From: Azolla caroliniana
Taxonomy: Eukaryota > Plantae > Polypodiophyta
Direction: 5' to 3'
DNA: 64,000 nt
Assembly: GCA_043228905.1 (NCBI GenBank)
Contig: JBHGNT010000021.1
Span: 6,510,001 to 6,574,000, forward strand
A model generated the notes under the pieces. It searched no databases. It was not told the origin of the DNA and was given only the letters and a program-made list of their open reading frames with translations. Position numbers and translations under genes: made by a program. Shown one piece after another: positions 52,293 through 64,000 of this stretch; positions within the stretch are counted from its first letter, which is position 1; each line of letters begins with the position of its first letter.

Positions 52293-53140
52293 CTCCCCCG
52301 TAATGGACGTATACATGGGTTATATCTTAAACCGGTATCGGTTTCAAATTCTAAGGCACATGCGGCACCGTGAAGATCACCATCGGCTCTATCGTCCTTG
52401 GATCAACACATCTGATTTCTTGTGGGAAAAATGTGAAAGCCTTCCCATGTCACGAAACATTCGCTCCTCTTCAGGGAGGAGGAAATCCTCCCTTCCAACT
52501 AGTAGCTTTCCTTTCATCTCTTCGGTGAAGACATGACCTATTGCCTTTGGATCTCTTAAGCTTGGATCGATAGCGACTTTCTTCATCTTTTGCCAACTAT
52601 CTTCCGGTAGCAGAACCGCAATTGGCTTGATCTTCTTATCCACCGTTTTATATTTTGTGTTGACTTCGGCTTCCTCCATCAAGATGCCACAATGGTATTC
52701 ATTGATGATAGCGTACATGTGGACAGAGTTAACCGAAATCACATGTTGATCGTGAAGATAGCTCAAGTCCACGACTTCCTCGATTTTGCCGATGGTATCG
52801 TTAAATAAGGCTTCTTCCATAATATGAGTCACGAACTCTTCTTCTCCTATTATGTTTTCTTCTTTTAGCATCTTCTCGAAGTCTTGTATCCGACACTTGT
52901 CCTTCTTGTTAGGAACTACTAGTTTACATGTGCCACTAGGTGTGACACATGTTGCTTCTCCTCGCAATCCACGCGCTCTACTTTCTTGTGGGGACTTGTG
53001 ATCGCTCGGACTATTTGTGCCCCATGCTTCAATAGTCCGCTCTAAAAATCCGAGGATTCATCTCCAAGACTATCTCGATTTCTTTCATGATTAGCTTGCA
53101 CTGTTAGGAATTGAACAGATCTTTGATTGTCAAGACTCTT

Positions 53141-53795
53141 TTTTTTTCCATAAAAATATGCTCCATTGGTATTAAAATTAACAATGCCAAAGGCAATCTA
53201 CAAATTGTACATAATAGTTTCCACTCCATAAGTATATATCGTAAAAACAGGGACCAAATAAAGATGGCATTTGTTATGGCCTCTAAAAAACATCATGTTG
53301 CAGCCAACGTTGGCTGAATGTGATTCCACATATACTGAAGCTCCTTAGTATACCCATATTCAACCTATAAACAAATTCCTGGTTGTCCAATAGCTGTTCC
53401 CGTTCCTTGGCCTTTAATTTTCCTTTGTGAATGTCCTTTTGTACCACTTAGGTAATACAAAACTGCTCTCTCCAATCAAGCCATTGAGGTAATCTGCTAC
53501 TTCTTGGCCGTAGTCTTCTTCAAGCTGAAACTCAGAACAGCCATACATTGATTAGACCATAATCTCATCACAATCATGCTTCATTTAACCCACATCAGTC
53601 ATGTCTCCGATTAACGTCATTGCCCAAAAACCCCAAAAATCTGTGATAAGAATAAAATCCGTCTAAAAATTCCTCACCCACTCGTGATGATTGGCTTCGA
53701 CCCTCCCCACCATCTTCACTCATCCTCACCACAAATATTTCTTCCTTTAGTCGACATCAGCCATCTCACCGATTAACCTGGTTCCAATGTCGTGA
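53141..53795 (-). mobile_element. Retroposed (TPRT-type) insert with poly(A) tail: SINE-like or processed transcript fragment
   Basis: 17-bp TSD TGATTGTCAAGACTCTT at 53124-53140 and 53796-53812. A T-run at the left end is a minus-strand poly(A). It interrupts the gypsy protease region. Confidence 0.85.
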
Positions 53796-55014
53796 TGATT
53801 GTCAAGACTCTTGATTCACGCGAAGGCTGCTCCATTATCAAACACCTTGGTCTCCATCCGGGATGATGTGATATACAGTTGACCTAGGATGACAGGATGC
53901 GAAACCGATTCTTGTACGAAGAAGTGTTGATCCATCTCCACATTCCCGATTGTGATGTTAACATTTGGACAAGCTCCATACAAGTCTTCTGTCGTCTTTG
54001 TTGCCGCTCAAATCTTCCATCCGTGGTTTGTATGAATTGGCCATCTTCCTTTTTAGTAGAAGTCGGTTGACATGAGGTTGATCTCCGAGCCATGGTCGAT
54101 CAAGGCTACCATGGTCTCTTTCTTCTCCCCAATCTTCATCGGCATCTCCATTGTCGCTTGTGCCCAATGAGGTCGAGTATAGTGGATGTCCACCATATCT
54201 TCATCGACTTCGTTACGGAATTTGTTTTTGCTTTTTGTGGCTTCTCTTCTTCCTCGTCCGATTGTTGCTTTCTCTTTACAAGGTCCACGATCATGTCATG
54301 GAACTCCTTCGTAATGCCGAGTAATTCCCTCAAGGACAAAGTCACGTGGCTATCCAGAACGCGTTCCTCGAGAATCTTCTTCAGGTCTATCATCTGCTCT
54401 ATGTCTGACCTTAGCTTATAGGTAGGCATAGTTCTTGTCTTCTGAGCGGGGTCTTCAACACCAATCTTCACGAGTCGAACCGTTTCTTCGACTCGTTTGC
54501 TCGACTCCCCTTTCCGGCCCGAGTCTCCTTCCTCCATTTGTAACGCTCGACTCATTTCTGCATCTTCTTTCTTTTTCGCGTTCCTTCTTTCATGACTTTT
54601 TTATGGGCCTTTGCTCTTCTATTTTTTTTCTCTTTTCTTCGACGAACACCTCGTGGTTGTTGCACATTACTTCCGCGAGTATGGTGTTATCATCCACCGG
54701 ATCCGACTATCCGATTATACTTTGTACACTTCAATCTGCAAGCTCTACCTCGTTCGAAGTGACTTTTCCCTTCTTCTCATACTCAAGAATGGTAGACCAA
54801 AACTTTGCTCCGACTTTCGCAGCTTCAGTTTTGTCTTTCTCGACTCTTATTCAGGCCAACGCAGCGTAGTCCATCGCATCCATATGAGTCGCCTCGGCAT
54901 CTTCCATAGCTTTCTTCATTCCTCCTCTTCCGAAATTTACCCGCATGGGTCTTCTAATCTCACTCGAGCAAATCATGTTTCCATCCATGTATACGATATT
55001 TTGTCGAATGACGT

Positions 55015-56541
55015 CTCGAAGGCTCGCACAATCCCTTCTCATGTGGTCCATGCTATCGCACCACACGCATCTAAAGGGTTCTTTTCCTTTGGACACCCAA
55101 CAATTCATGTTCGCTGGCGTGACCGTCTCGAATTTCTTCGCCAGTTCTTCGATGATGTCGTCATCAATCTTCTTTTCTTCCACGTTACTTTGTTTGGGTG
55201 GCTCAGCTACTTTCGGTTGTCTCGTTTTCTCCGTGACAATTGATCCTGCCAAGTCGGTGCCATCAACCCACTAATGATGCTTGTCGAGCCTATTGCACAC
55301 TCGCTTCACCGCAATCCAGTCTGCTACAAGCCCGTTTGCTTGGGTATCATCTTCGAGAAGAGTCCCCAATTCTTGTCTATCCTTCATGTCCACAGCTTTC
55401 AGGAAGTACAAAGTCTTTTCCTCCTCAAGCAGCACTTCGTCCGTGTTGGGGAAACGACTAAACATCTCGTTGTACTCGTCGTACACCCTCAAGGCGCTCA
55501 TCTTCTTATTCTTCTTTTCTATCCTCAAAGGCTCGCACAATCCCTTCTCATGTGGTCCATGCTATCGCACCACACGCATCTAAAGGGTTCTTTTCCTTTG
55601 GACCCCCAACAATTCATGTTCGCTGGCGTGACCGTCTCGAATTTCTTCGCCAGTTCTTCAATGATGTCGTCATCAATCTTCTTTTCTTCCACGTTACTTT
55701 GTTTGGGTGGCTCAGCTACTTTCGGTTGTCTCGTTTTCTCCGTGACAATTGATCCTGCCAAGTCGGTGCCATCAACCCACTAATGATGCTTGTCGAGCCT
55801 ATTGCACACTCGCTTCACCGCAATCCAGTCTGCTACAAGCCCGTTTGCTTGGGTATCATCTTCGAGAAGAGTCCCCAATTCTTGTCTATCCTTCATGTCC
55901 ACAGCTTTCAGGAAGTACAAAGTCTTTTCCTCCTCAAGCAGCACTTCGTCCGTGTTGGGGAAACGACTAAACATCTCGTTGTACTCGTCGTACACCCTCA
56001 AGGCGCTCATCTTCTTATTCTTCTTTTCTATCCTCAAAGGCTCGCACAATCCCTTCTCATGTGGTCCATGCTATCGCACCACACGCATCTAAAGGGTTCT
56101 TTTCCTTTGGACCCCCAACAATTCATGTTCGCTGGCGTGACCGTCTCGAATTTCTTCGCCAGTTCTTCGATGATGTCGTCATCAATCTTCTTTTCTTCCA
56201 CGTTACTTTGTTTGGGTGGCTCAGCTACTTTCGGTTGTCTCGTTTTCTCCGTGACAATTGATCCTGCCAAGTCGGTGCCATCAACCCACTAATGATGCTT
56301 GTCGAGCCTATTGCACACTCGCTTCACCGCAATCCAGTCTGCTACAAGCCCGTTTGCTTGGGTATCATCTTCGAGAAGAGTCCCCAATTCTTGTCTATCC
56401 TTCATGTCCACAGCTTTCAGGAAGTACAAAGTCTTTTCCTCCTCAAGCAGCACTTCGTCCGTGTTGGGGAAACGACTAAACATCTCGTTGTACTCGTCGT
56501 ACACCCTCAAGGCGCTCATCTTCTTATTCTTCTTTTCTATC
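55015..56541. repeat. Near-identical 509-bp tandem triplication inside gag
   Basis: Identical ORFs recur at a 509-bp period (55274/55783/56292 and 55240/55749/56258). Confidence 0.95.
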
Positions 56542-58559
56542 CACTTCATCAAGGCATGCCGAGTCATCCTCATCAAGTCTTCCATCACGAACTCCGCGAA
56601 TATCGTTTTCTCGAACTCGGACCAATGTTGTCTTACCTTCTTGAAGCTCGATGACGCATCTTTGGATGTTGTTGGCGACCACTCTCTTAAAACTTGTGAT
56701 TTGCCGCGCTTTAGACACGTCCCTTTGATTCATCTCCCTTTTGTATGCATCCATGAACTTCATAATGTTTCTTCCATCAAATTGAATCTCGAGCTCTACG
56801 ACACGATCGACGGCCTTCTCCACGCTCGCATCGTTGTCTCAAGATCTCATCACTTGTTCAACAATTAGCATCATCCTTTCTAACTCTCCCGCTTGATTTC
56901 TTGAGGATGCCATCTCCAAGTATCGGTCGATCCTCGACTTAATCCTTCCCACCGCCTCCTTCACGTCGGGTTCACCACTTAATTAAGTCGTGAAGATCCG
57001 TCACTACGTGCATATCGTGAGGCGGAACCGCCGAGGTTCTAGACTAGAAGGATTTAAAGTTTGCACTAACTTTAGCAAGAAAGTATTTAACGGTTCCGAG
57101 GTTCTAGACTAGAAGGATTTAAAGTTTGCACTAACTTTAGCGAGAAAGTATTGAAGAGAGATTGAGAGAGATTGATATAACGAAAAAGAGATATTGAGAT
57201 AAACATTGAACTTTTAACTTTTAGATTTAAGAGAGAAGATACATCAACAATAGGATTACAAGTTTCTTATTTTTCCCAAATTTTTCATTAGTTTCATTTG
57301 CTTGATTCCTCCACTCTTTTATAGATGCCCCCATGCATATGGTGCATGTGAGGGTGCAAGACATGCATGTAATGCATGAAATGCATGCTTGCCATGTCAT
57401 CATCTAAGCTCTCATGTATGAGAATTTACATGTAAAAGTATAATGATAAAAATATAGCTTCTAAGGAAATGACTTGGCTTAGTGGTAAGTATATTGTTTC
57501 CTATCTTGGAGGTGCAAGGTTCAAGCCTTTCTCACATCCCTTTTAAAACACAAAATACTACTAGGCTTTTGGTCTTGTATTTACATCGAAAATCTTCAAA
57601 ACACCATGCACTGCGATCAACCGATCGATCTATCTATCCAGTCCCATCTGTCCCGACCAGTTCAATCCGATCCCGATCCAATCTTGTCCGTCACCATCCG
57701 GTCTTGGTCTCCGATTGCAGTCTTCCCAGCTCTGTCCGGTCACCGTCCGCACTTAGTTAGGTCACACCCATTCATCCGGTTATTTTAGCTCAAGTCACCT
57801 TGAACATTCTATGATTCACTCATAAACACAAAATAATAGATTTTGGCCTTGCTTATATACTCTAGAATCCTTATTTGTCATGTCTATGTGGGATATCTCG
57901 TAGTTTTGTTTTTTTCTCTTCTTCTTCGCAAACTTCATACTCACATAACTTGCCACTTAGTTGTCAATTTCTTATGTGGTAAAGTGTATTCGAAAGCTCT
58001 TGAAGACCTCCATCTTTTTGTACCAAGATATTAAACTAGTATAAAACAGTATCTTCACTATTATTGTTTTATGTTGTGTGTGAAGAACCACACTCAATTT
58101 TGTAAATTCCATTCAATTTTCACACCGTTGGCGAAAATCTTTACGACAACGCTCACGTCACCGAGCCATTATATGGATTGCTAAAGAAAATAAGGAAGTT
58201 CGAATGGCGAGCCGAGCATACAAACGCGATGCGAAGATTGAAGAAACTACTTCTTGAAGGTCCTACGCTAAGAAAGGTTGATTATGCCAAAGGAAAGCCG
58301 ATTTATGTGACCGTAGATACAAGCCCAACCAGAATCGGGTGGGTCATCAACCAAGAAGGAGAAGATAGTGCATGGTCTGCCATCATGTTTAGAGAAAAGG
58401 TTCTCAACGAACGACAAAAAAGATACGCCAAAGTCAAGCGAGAACTTTGGGGTATTGTGTTTGCAGTGAAGATGAACAAAGACTACATGATCGGGTCGAA
58501 AGTGATATTTGAGACAAATTGTCTCCCAATCCTCAAGATGATCTGAGAATGTGCGACGG

Positions 58560-61500
58560 TGTCGCGTTGTTATGCACGTGCGTGTAGAAGGGGCGGGACC
58601 ACGGGGGTCTTGGACTAGGGAGTAGAGGAGAAAGAATAAGATATGAGAAATGGAAGCTTAACACCGGATGAGAAGATGAAGAGTAGCACATAAGCGTAGA
58701 CCAAAATAGATGGAAGCAAGATCCACAACAAGCTATATTAAAAACAAGCGAATGATTACAACAATGGTGGCCTCCATGGCCGCACCAAACAACTATAAGA
58801 AAACCCTAAAGGAAAACCCAAGAAGAAAACCCTAACCGAAACCCTACAACCGAATAGGAAACCCTCGACCTAAGTGGTATGCCTCTCTCCCTCAAAATAG
58901 GCAACCCCTTCATAAGTGACCCCTCCCTTCCTTTTATAGCCCAAGGAGGGAGGGACCTTACAATGTGGGATAAAATTTCCCCTCTTATCTCTATACACCA
59001 TTTCCTAGTATACATGTGCACACCACCGATTTGCCTATTCCACCCCGGTTTCCGCCTATGGACGAAAATCTTCACGACAACCGCCCCCACCAAACCGCAC
59101 ATCCACCGGTATGTGCCAAGAAAGGAGAAGAGGTGAGATTTTGCGGCCATAGTGATAAAATCGAGGTCCACCGTGTCCTCGGTGGCCTTGCTCGGCTTCG
59201 TTTTCCATTTCGAGCATGCCCGTATGAACCGTCGTAGCATCCCATTCCACCGTATCCGTCGCACGCCCTCGAGCCGACGGCTCCAACCGATCCACCACGT
59301 CCACCATGTGTCCCCAAAACATCGACTCCATCCGAACCGCCATATCCACCGCACGCGCCTTCCTCCCCGGTCGGTCCTCCGGAACGCCATTGCCAATCCG
59401 GTCACTCTTACTTTGTCCGCCACGTAGGTCCTCCGATTAGGCCCTCGGTCACCCCGTTTGCTCGCCGGATTCCGCCCCTCGCGTACCGCTTGTGTTCTAT
59501 CTCCGGCTCGATCCTCTCTTTGTCTCAAACACCTCGTGCCGATTCCCTCCGTTCCGCGCTCACCTTCCGTAGGCTCTTTCCGTGTGCCCTTGTTGTCTCC
59601 CGAACATGCACTCCTTCTTCGGTCCCTCGGCGACCTCATTACACGCTCCTCGCTTCTCCTTTGCTCGCCGTGCTCTCTCGCCGTAGAGCATATCGTCATC
59701 CCGACCATCATGTCAATGTCCTTCGCGACTCCCGTTACCGCTTCATCCCGACTCTCGTCCTCTTGGCCCACTTGACCTCACATGCCTTCCGGGACGCCGC
59801 GCTTCCTCTTCCCGCCGCGTAGTCTATTGCTCTCCACGCACCTCCCCTGGTTCTCAAGACATAGCCTTCCATGCTCGCCGATACCGGCACCTCACCGCTC
59901 CGTCTCTCGCCACGTGCATTCCTCGCAAAGGCTCGTATGTCCTCCGGGTGCACTCCCGATCTCTCCGATCGCACTCCGGATCCCGCCCTTTTCGTGTCGC
60001 GTATGTTCCTCCTTTGGTTTTATCGTCTCCACATGCCGAACACCTCGGTGTGTCGACTCTTCCCGCTCCGCGCTTGCCTTCCGTAGGCTCTTCCTGTGCG
60101 CCGATGTTGTCCCCCAAATATGCGCTCATTCTTTGGCCCTTAGGTGACCCCATTACGCGCACCTCGATTCTCCCTTGCTCTCCGTGCTCTCTCGTACTAG
60201 AGCGTATCGTCATCCCGACCTCCGTGTCGGTGTCCCTCGAGGCTCTCGTTACCGCCTCGCCTCGACTTGCGCCCTCTTGGCCCGCCTGGCCCGCTCGGCC
60301 GCACACATCCTTTGGGATGCCCCATTTTCTCTTCACGGTACGTGACCCTCCGTTCTCCACGCATCCCCTCCGTTTTCCCAGACACAATCCTTCGTTCATG
60401 CCGATCACGCTCGTCTCGTTCCGTCGATCTTGGCGTCTCATCGCACCGTCCGTCATCCCGCGCTTGCCTCTCGAAGTCTTCCTCCGACCGTCATCGTCGG
60501 TCACTCGTTGCAGCTCCTCCGAATGCACGCTTGCTTCTTAGCCCTTCTCCGGCCGTAGTGCATGCTCCGTTTTACGCCGTAGGGCATACTTCGTATTACG
60601 CGCCTCATCCACCGTAGACCCAACCTCCGAGTTGGTCTCTTCGTCCTTCGTTGCCATAGCCCATTCCGACTCGGGCTTGCCGTCTTGGCCCCGCTCGTCC
60701 ATTATTCCATACCGGATATCTACATCAGTCTCCAACTCCGCATCGGCCTCTAACTCCTCACCGCCACCCGCCGTCTCTTCGGTCTTATGTTGATCCGCAA
60801 CCGCCGAAGTCTCAAGAATAGGTGTGGAGGGTTCCCCTTGCTCTCGGTCTTCCGCCAAGCCGTAATCACCATGCCCGGTTAGCCTCCTTCTCACGCTCAC
60901 CGGCTCCCACCAGGTGTTGTGGCTCATTCGCCTTGACCTCCAATCATGCCGACTTAGCCTTTGCCCGGATCGGGCTTGGCCGATCGAGTTCCGGTTTGGT
61001 CGTCTCCCTTCCGTAATCGTAACCGGCCGGTACATGTTTGTCCGAACAAATCTGGCCTTGCCGACTCTTCTTCGGTTCGGGCCCGGTTGACCGGACCCCG
61101 CTCCAATCGTCTTCCGCGTCGTCTTTCGGTTGTGTCGGATTATCGACCGGTTCATCTTCCGGTTGGGTCGGTTCCCGACTCTCTCCTCCTCGCCGTTCCC
61201 GACCTCTCTGTCGGTCCTCTTGTATATGCCCGTTCCGGGCCTCGCATCCTCATCTTCGCACGTGTTCGCTCTGGGCCATGCCTCCTCATGACCACCGTCC
61301 TTGTCTCCGGTCTTACGTTGGCATTCGAGTGCAACCGCCGTAGTCTCCAGTCTCGGTGTCGAGGGGTCTCTCCTCCGTCCGCTATGACCTTCCTCATCAT
61401 CGTTTCGATCGTCCTCTTTGCCGCAGCCACCTTTCGTCTCTCCGGTCTCACGTGGGCTCTCGGGGCCGACCGCCGAAGTCTCTAGAATAGGTGTGGGAAA

Positions 61501-63323
61501 AGTCTCAGTACCATCACTCGTCGATGCCATGTTTGTAGCCACCTTCATTCGGACGCCGTGGTTCGTGGCTATCTCATCCCCGGTTACGCAAGCCTCGGTT
61601 ATGCTTGCTAGCTCCTCGTCCTCGTCCTCGTCTCGGTTGCCCGCCTTGCCGTCGCCACCGCCCGTTGCTCTAGGACTCATGCCGGCACTCGGGCCGACCG
61701 CCGGAGCCTCTATGACCAGTGTGGGTAAGGACCCGTCACCACCGCTCGTTGTGTCCGTAGCCGCCTCCGTCCGGATGTCGTTGTTCGCGGCTACCCCACT
61801 TCTGATCGCACAAGCCTCGATTACGCTTGCCGCCGTCTCTTCCATGTCGTCGTCTCGGTTTCTCGCCTTGTCGCCGCCACCGCCCGTCGCTCTAGGTCTC
61901 ACGCCAGCACTCGGGCCGACCGCCGGAGCCTCTAGGACCAGTGTGTGTAAGGTTGCGGCACCGCCGCTTGTCTCCTCCCCACTCGATGTTTCGGGCCACC
62001 ATGTCCCGAATCCGTAGTTACCGGCCTCCATGGTCGTCCCTTCACCGCAAGGCAAGAGGGTCACTTGCTCCGCACCCTCTCCTATGTCGCCGTCGTACGC
62101 TCCCCCGGCCTCCGTATAGGCCCCGTCTTCTATGTCTAGGGAGGTTTCTTCCTCCGCACCCTCCGATCGCCTCCGGCCCGACTCCATAACAAGCCCTTCT
62201 TCGGCTCCGATTTTCGCGTTCACAAGCTCGCATGCCTCCCGTATTAGCACCTCTAGGTCGAGCTCCGCCGAACCGTTTTGTGTTGAGCTCTCTTCCGGCA
62301 GTAGTGCGTACTCACTCGTCGTTCTCTCTTCTCCGCCACTCGCGGGCCGTGTTGTGGCCGACCGCCTCGCATCATGTTGCCGGCACACCCACCGATCGAA
62401 CTCATGTCGACCTCTTCCTTCCGGTTCCGTGTACCCGTACGCCTCCAATAGGGCTCCCTCAAAGGACACCCATGACTCATGAGCTTCTCGTAGCTCCTTG
62501 ACCTCCTTGTGCACTGATACGGCCGCCACTCAAGGAAAATACTCTAGCCGCATCGCCTCGTCTACGCCCCTTTTCGCCATCTCGACCTTGTAGGCTCCCA
62601 AAATTTTTAGGACCTCATTCCCATTGAACCGGCCGACTCCATCGACCACCCTTTCGACGGCTTGTTGAGCCGCATCTCGCTTCGCCATCTTCCGTCTGGC
62701 TTCCATCACGATCTTTGCCATCATCTCCTCGAAGTCGAAGTCTTCTTCCATCTCCATGCTCCCTTGCCGCCCTTCACGTCGGGTTCACCAAAGATGTCGC
62801 GTTGTTACGCGCGTGCGTGTAGAAGGGGCGGGACCACGGGGGTCTTGGACTAGGGAGTAGAGGAGAAAGAATAAGATATGAGAAATGGAAGCTTAACACC
62901 GGATGAGAAGATGAAGAGTAGCACATAAGCGTAGACCAAAATAGATGGAAGCAAGATCCACAACAAGCTATATTAAAAACAAGCGAATGATTACAACAAT
63001 GGTGGCCGCCATGGCCGCACCAAACAACTATAAGAAAACCCTAAAGGAAAACCCAAGAAGAAAACCCTAACCGAAACCCTAAAACCGAATAGGAAACCTT
63101 CGACCTAAGTGGTATGCCTCTCTCCCTCAAAATAGGCAACCCCTTCATAAGTGACCCCTCCCTTCCTTTTATAGCCCAAGGAGGGAGGGACCTTACAATG
63201 TGGGATAAAATTTCCCCTCTTATCTCTATACACCATTTCCTAGTATACATGTGCACATGGTGCACACCACCGATTTGCCTATTCCACCCCGGTTTCCGTC
63301 TATGGACGAAAATCTTCACGACA
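58560..63323 (-). mobile_element. Non-autonomous Trp-primed LTR element (gag only, no pol); LTRs 58560-59079 and 62795-63323
   Basis: Near-identical LTRs (one 9-bp indel), 4-bp TSD ACGG, PBS 62774-62790, PPT next to 59079. Confidence 0.92.
60538..62757 (-). pseudogene. Gag N-terminus fused to a long acidic repetitive ORF; one in-frame TGA at 62530-62532
   Basis: AQQAVERVVDGVGRFNG matches the gag of the autonomous relatives. ORF 60538-62529 follows in frame, with EAPAVGPSAG and PILETSAV repeats. Confidence 0.7.
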
Positions 63324-64000
63324 ACGGCAGATTTGGCTATGCTAAGGTTGATCGCCTATATCAAATCTTTAAACGCACAGATCCACCACATTGCAAGAAA
63401 GAAGAACGCCATGGTTGACATGCTATCGAGTGCAAGATTTGAGAATGAAAGTGACATGGTTTCGAAAGATGAGGACGTCATCTTCGACTTCTTCAAGATG
63501 GCACGACTATTGGCAGAAGGCAAGGGCCCGCTAACCCTCCACGCCTTCAATGAAAATGATTACAAAGGAGAATGGTTACTGGTCGGTAGAGTCTTAAGAA
63601 CAATGATGATGAATGCTTCGTGGACGGCGGAAGCTCTACGAATTTGGATGAAAGCTTACCACTACTTTCTGAAGGGAGGATTCCTCTGGTGGCACCCGAA
63701 GTGAAGGACAAGAATGCCACGTCGAGTAGTGGGGAAAAAAGAGGAGCAAGTGATGATGATGTATGAATTCCACGAGAGTCCTTGGGTAGGTCATAGAGGA
63801 ACATGGGCAACGTTCGAGAAGTTGAAGGAGAAATACTACTGGCCAAGCATGTACAAAGATGTACTCCATTTCGTGTCCACATGTGAAACTTGCCAAGTAC
63901 ATTCGAACATACGTCATCGTGATGAGTTACGGCCGACATACCCGTTCACCATACACTTCAAATGGATGGTGGATCTAGTCTCGATGCCAATGGGAGTGGG

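Larger units (their letters stand above)
36081..58148 (-). mobile_element. Full-length Trp-primed Ty3/gypsy (3' LTR 36081-37161, 5' LTR ~56986-58148) containing three nested insertions
   Basis: Homologous ~1.1-kb LTRs. PBS at 56961-56977, PPT next to 37161. Degenerate 4-bp TSD ATGT/ACGC. Gag, PR, RT, RH and INT fragments occur in order on the minus strand. Confidence 0.9.
33136..64000 (+). mobile_element. Host Ty3/gypsy (same family as the Trp-primed elements): gag-PR-RT 33136-36080, RNase H 58149-58559, RH-INT 63324-64000, split by insertions
   Basis: Motifs CVWCDSMDH knuckle, ALIDHGSE protease, IGDLYSGYDQF and TLPQG in RT. The protein sequence resumes across the junctions (PHY|AHVTEPLY and CAT|ADLAMLR). 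No 5' LTR: it is fused directly to the Sola relic. Confidence 0.85.

Noticed and set aside
57027-57155. Short tandem duplication (~66 bp) at the start of the LTR copy
   Set aside because: Absent from the partner LTR; an ordinary post-insertion slippage.
58806-60617. Long overlapping ORFs on both strands (e.g. 321 aa at 58806-59771; similar ORFs at 94-1234)
   Set aside because: GC-rich low-complexity or antisense-to-gag frames running into LTRs, with no recognisable domain.

Overview
This window is eukaryotic, plant-type heterochromatin; the element families suggest a non-seed land plant such as a moss (inference). It consists almost entirely of nested, mostly decayed transposons, and I found no host gene. 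Contents: four Ty1/copia elements or fragments plus a copia solo LTR; one Arg-primed Ty3/gypsy; five related Ty3/gypsy elements, four with a visible tRNA-Trp PBS, showing 4-bp CG-centred target sites, a -1 frameshift pseudoknot after the protease and tRNA-like boxes in some LTRs; a Mutator-type foldback element; a poly(A)/17-bp-TSD retroposed insert; and three Sola-like DNA transposons. The stand-out is a complete 7.67-kb TIR transposon (3306-10976; 29-bp TIRs, AGAG TSD). It carries, head-to-head with its DDD transposase, a six-exon gene for a ParB-like domain fused to a prokaryotic-type beta-class DNA amino-methyltransferase (N6-adenine or N4-cytosine). A second, 9.4-kb Sola2-like element (20533-29965) carries a spliced RING-finger plus FCP1/HAD-phosphatase-like cargo gene, and two of its introns are packed with a TAGCTAATTAGCTA palindrome. 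All domain calls come from manual motif recognition, not database searches.
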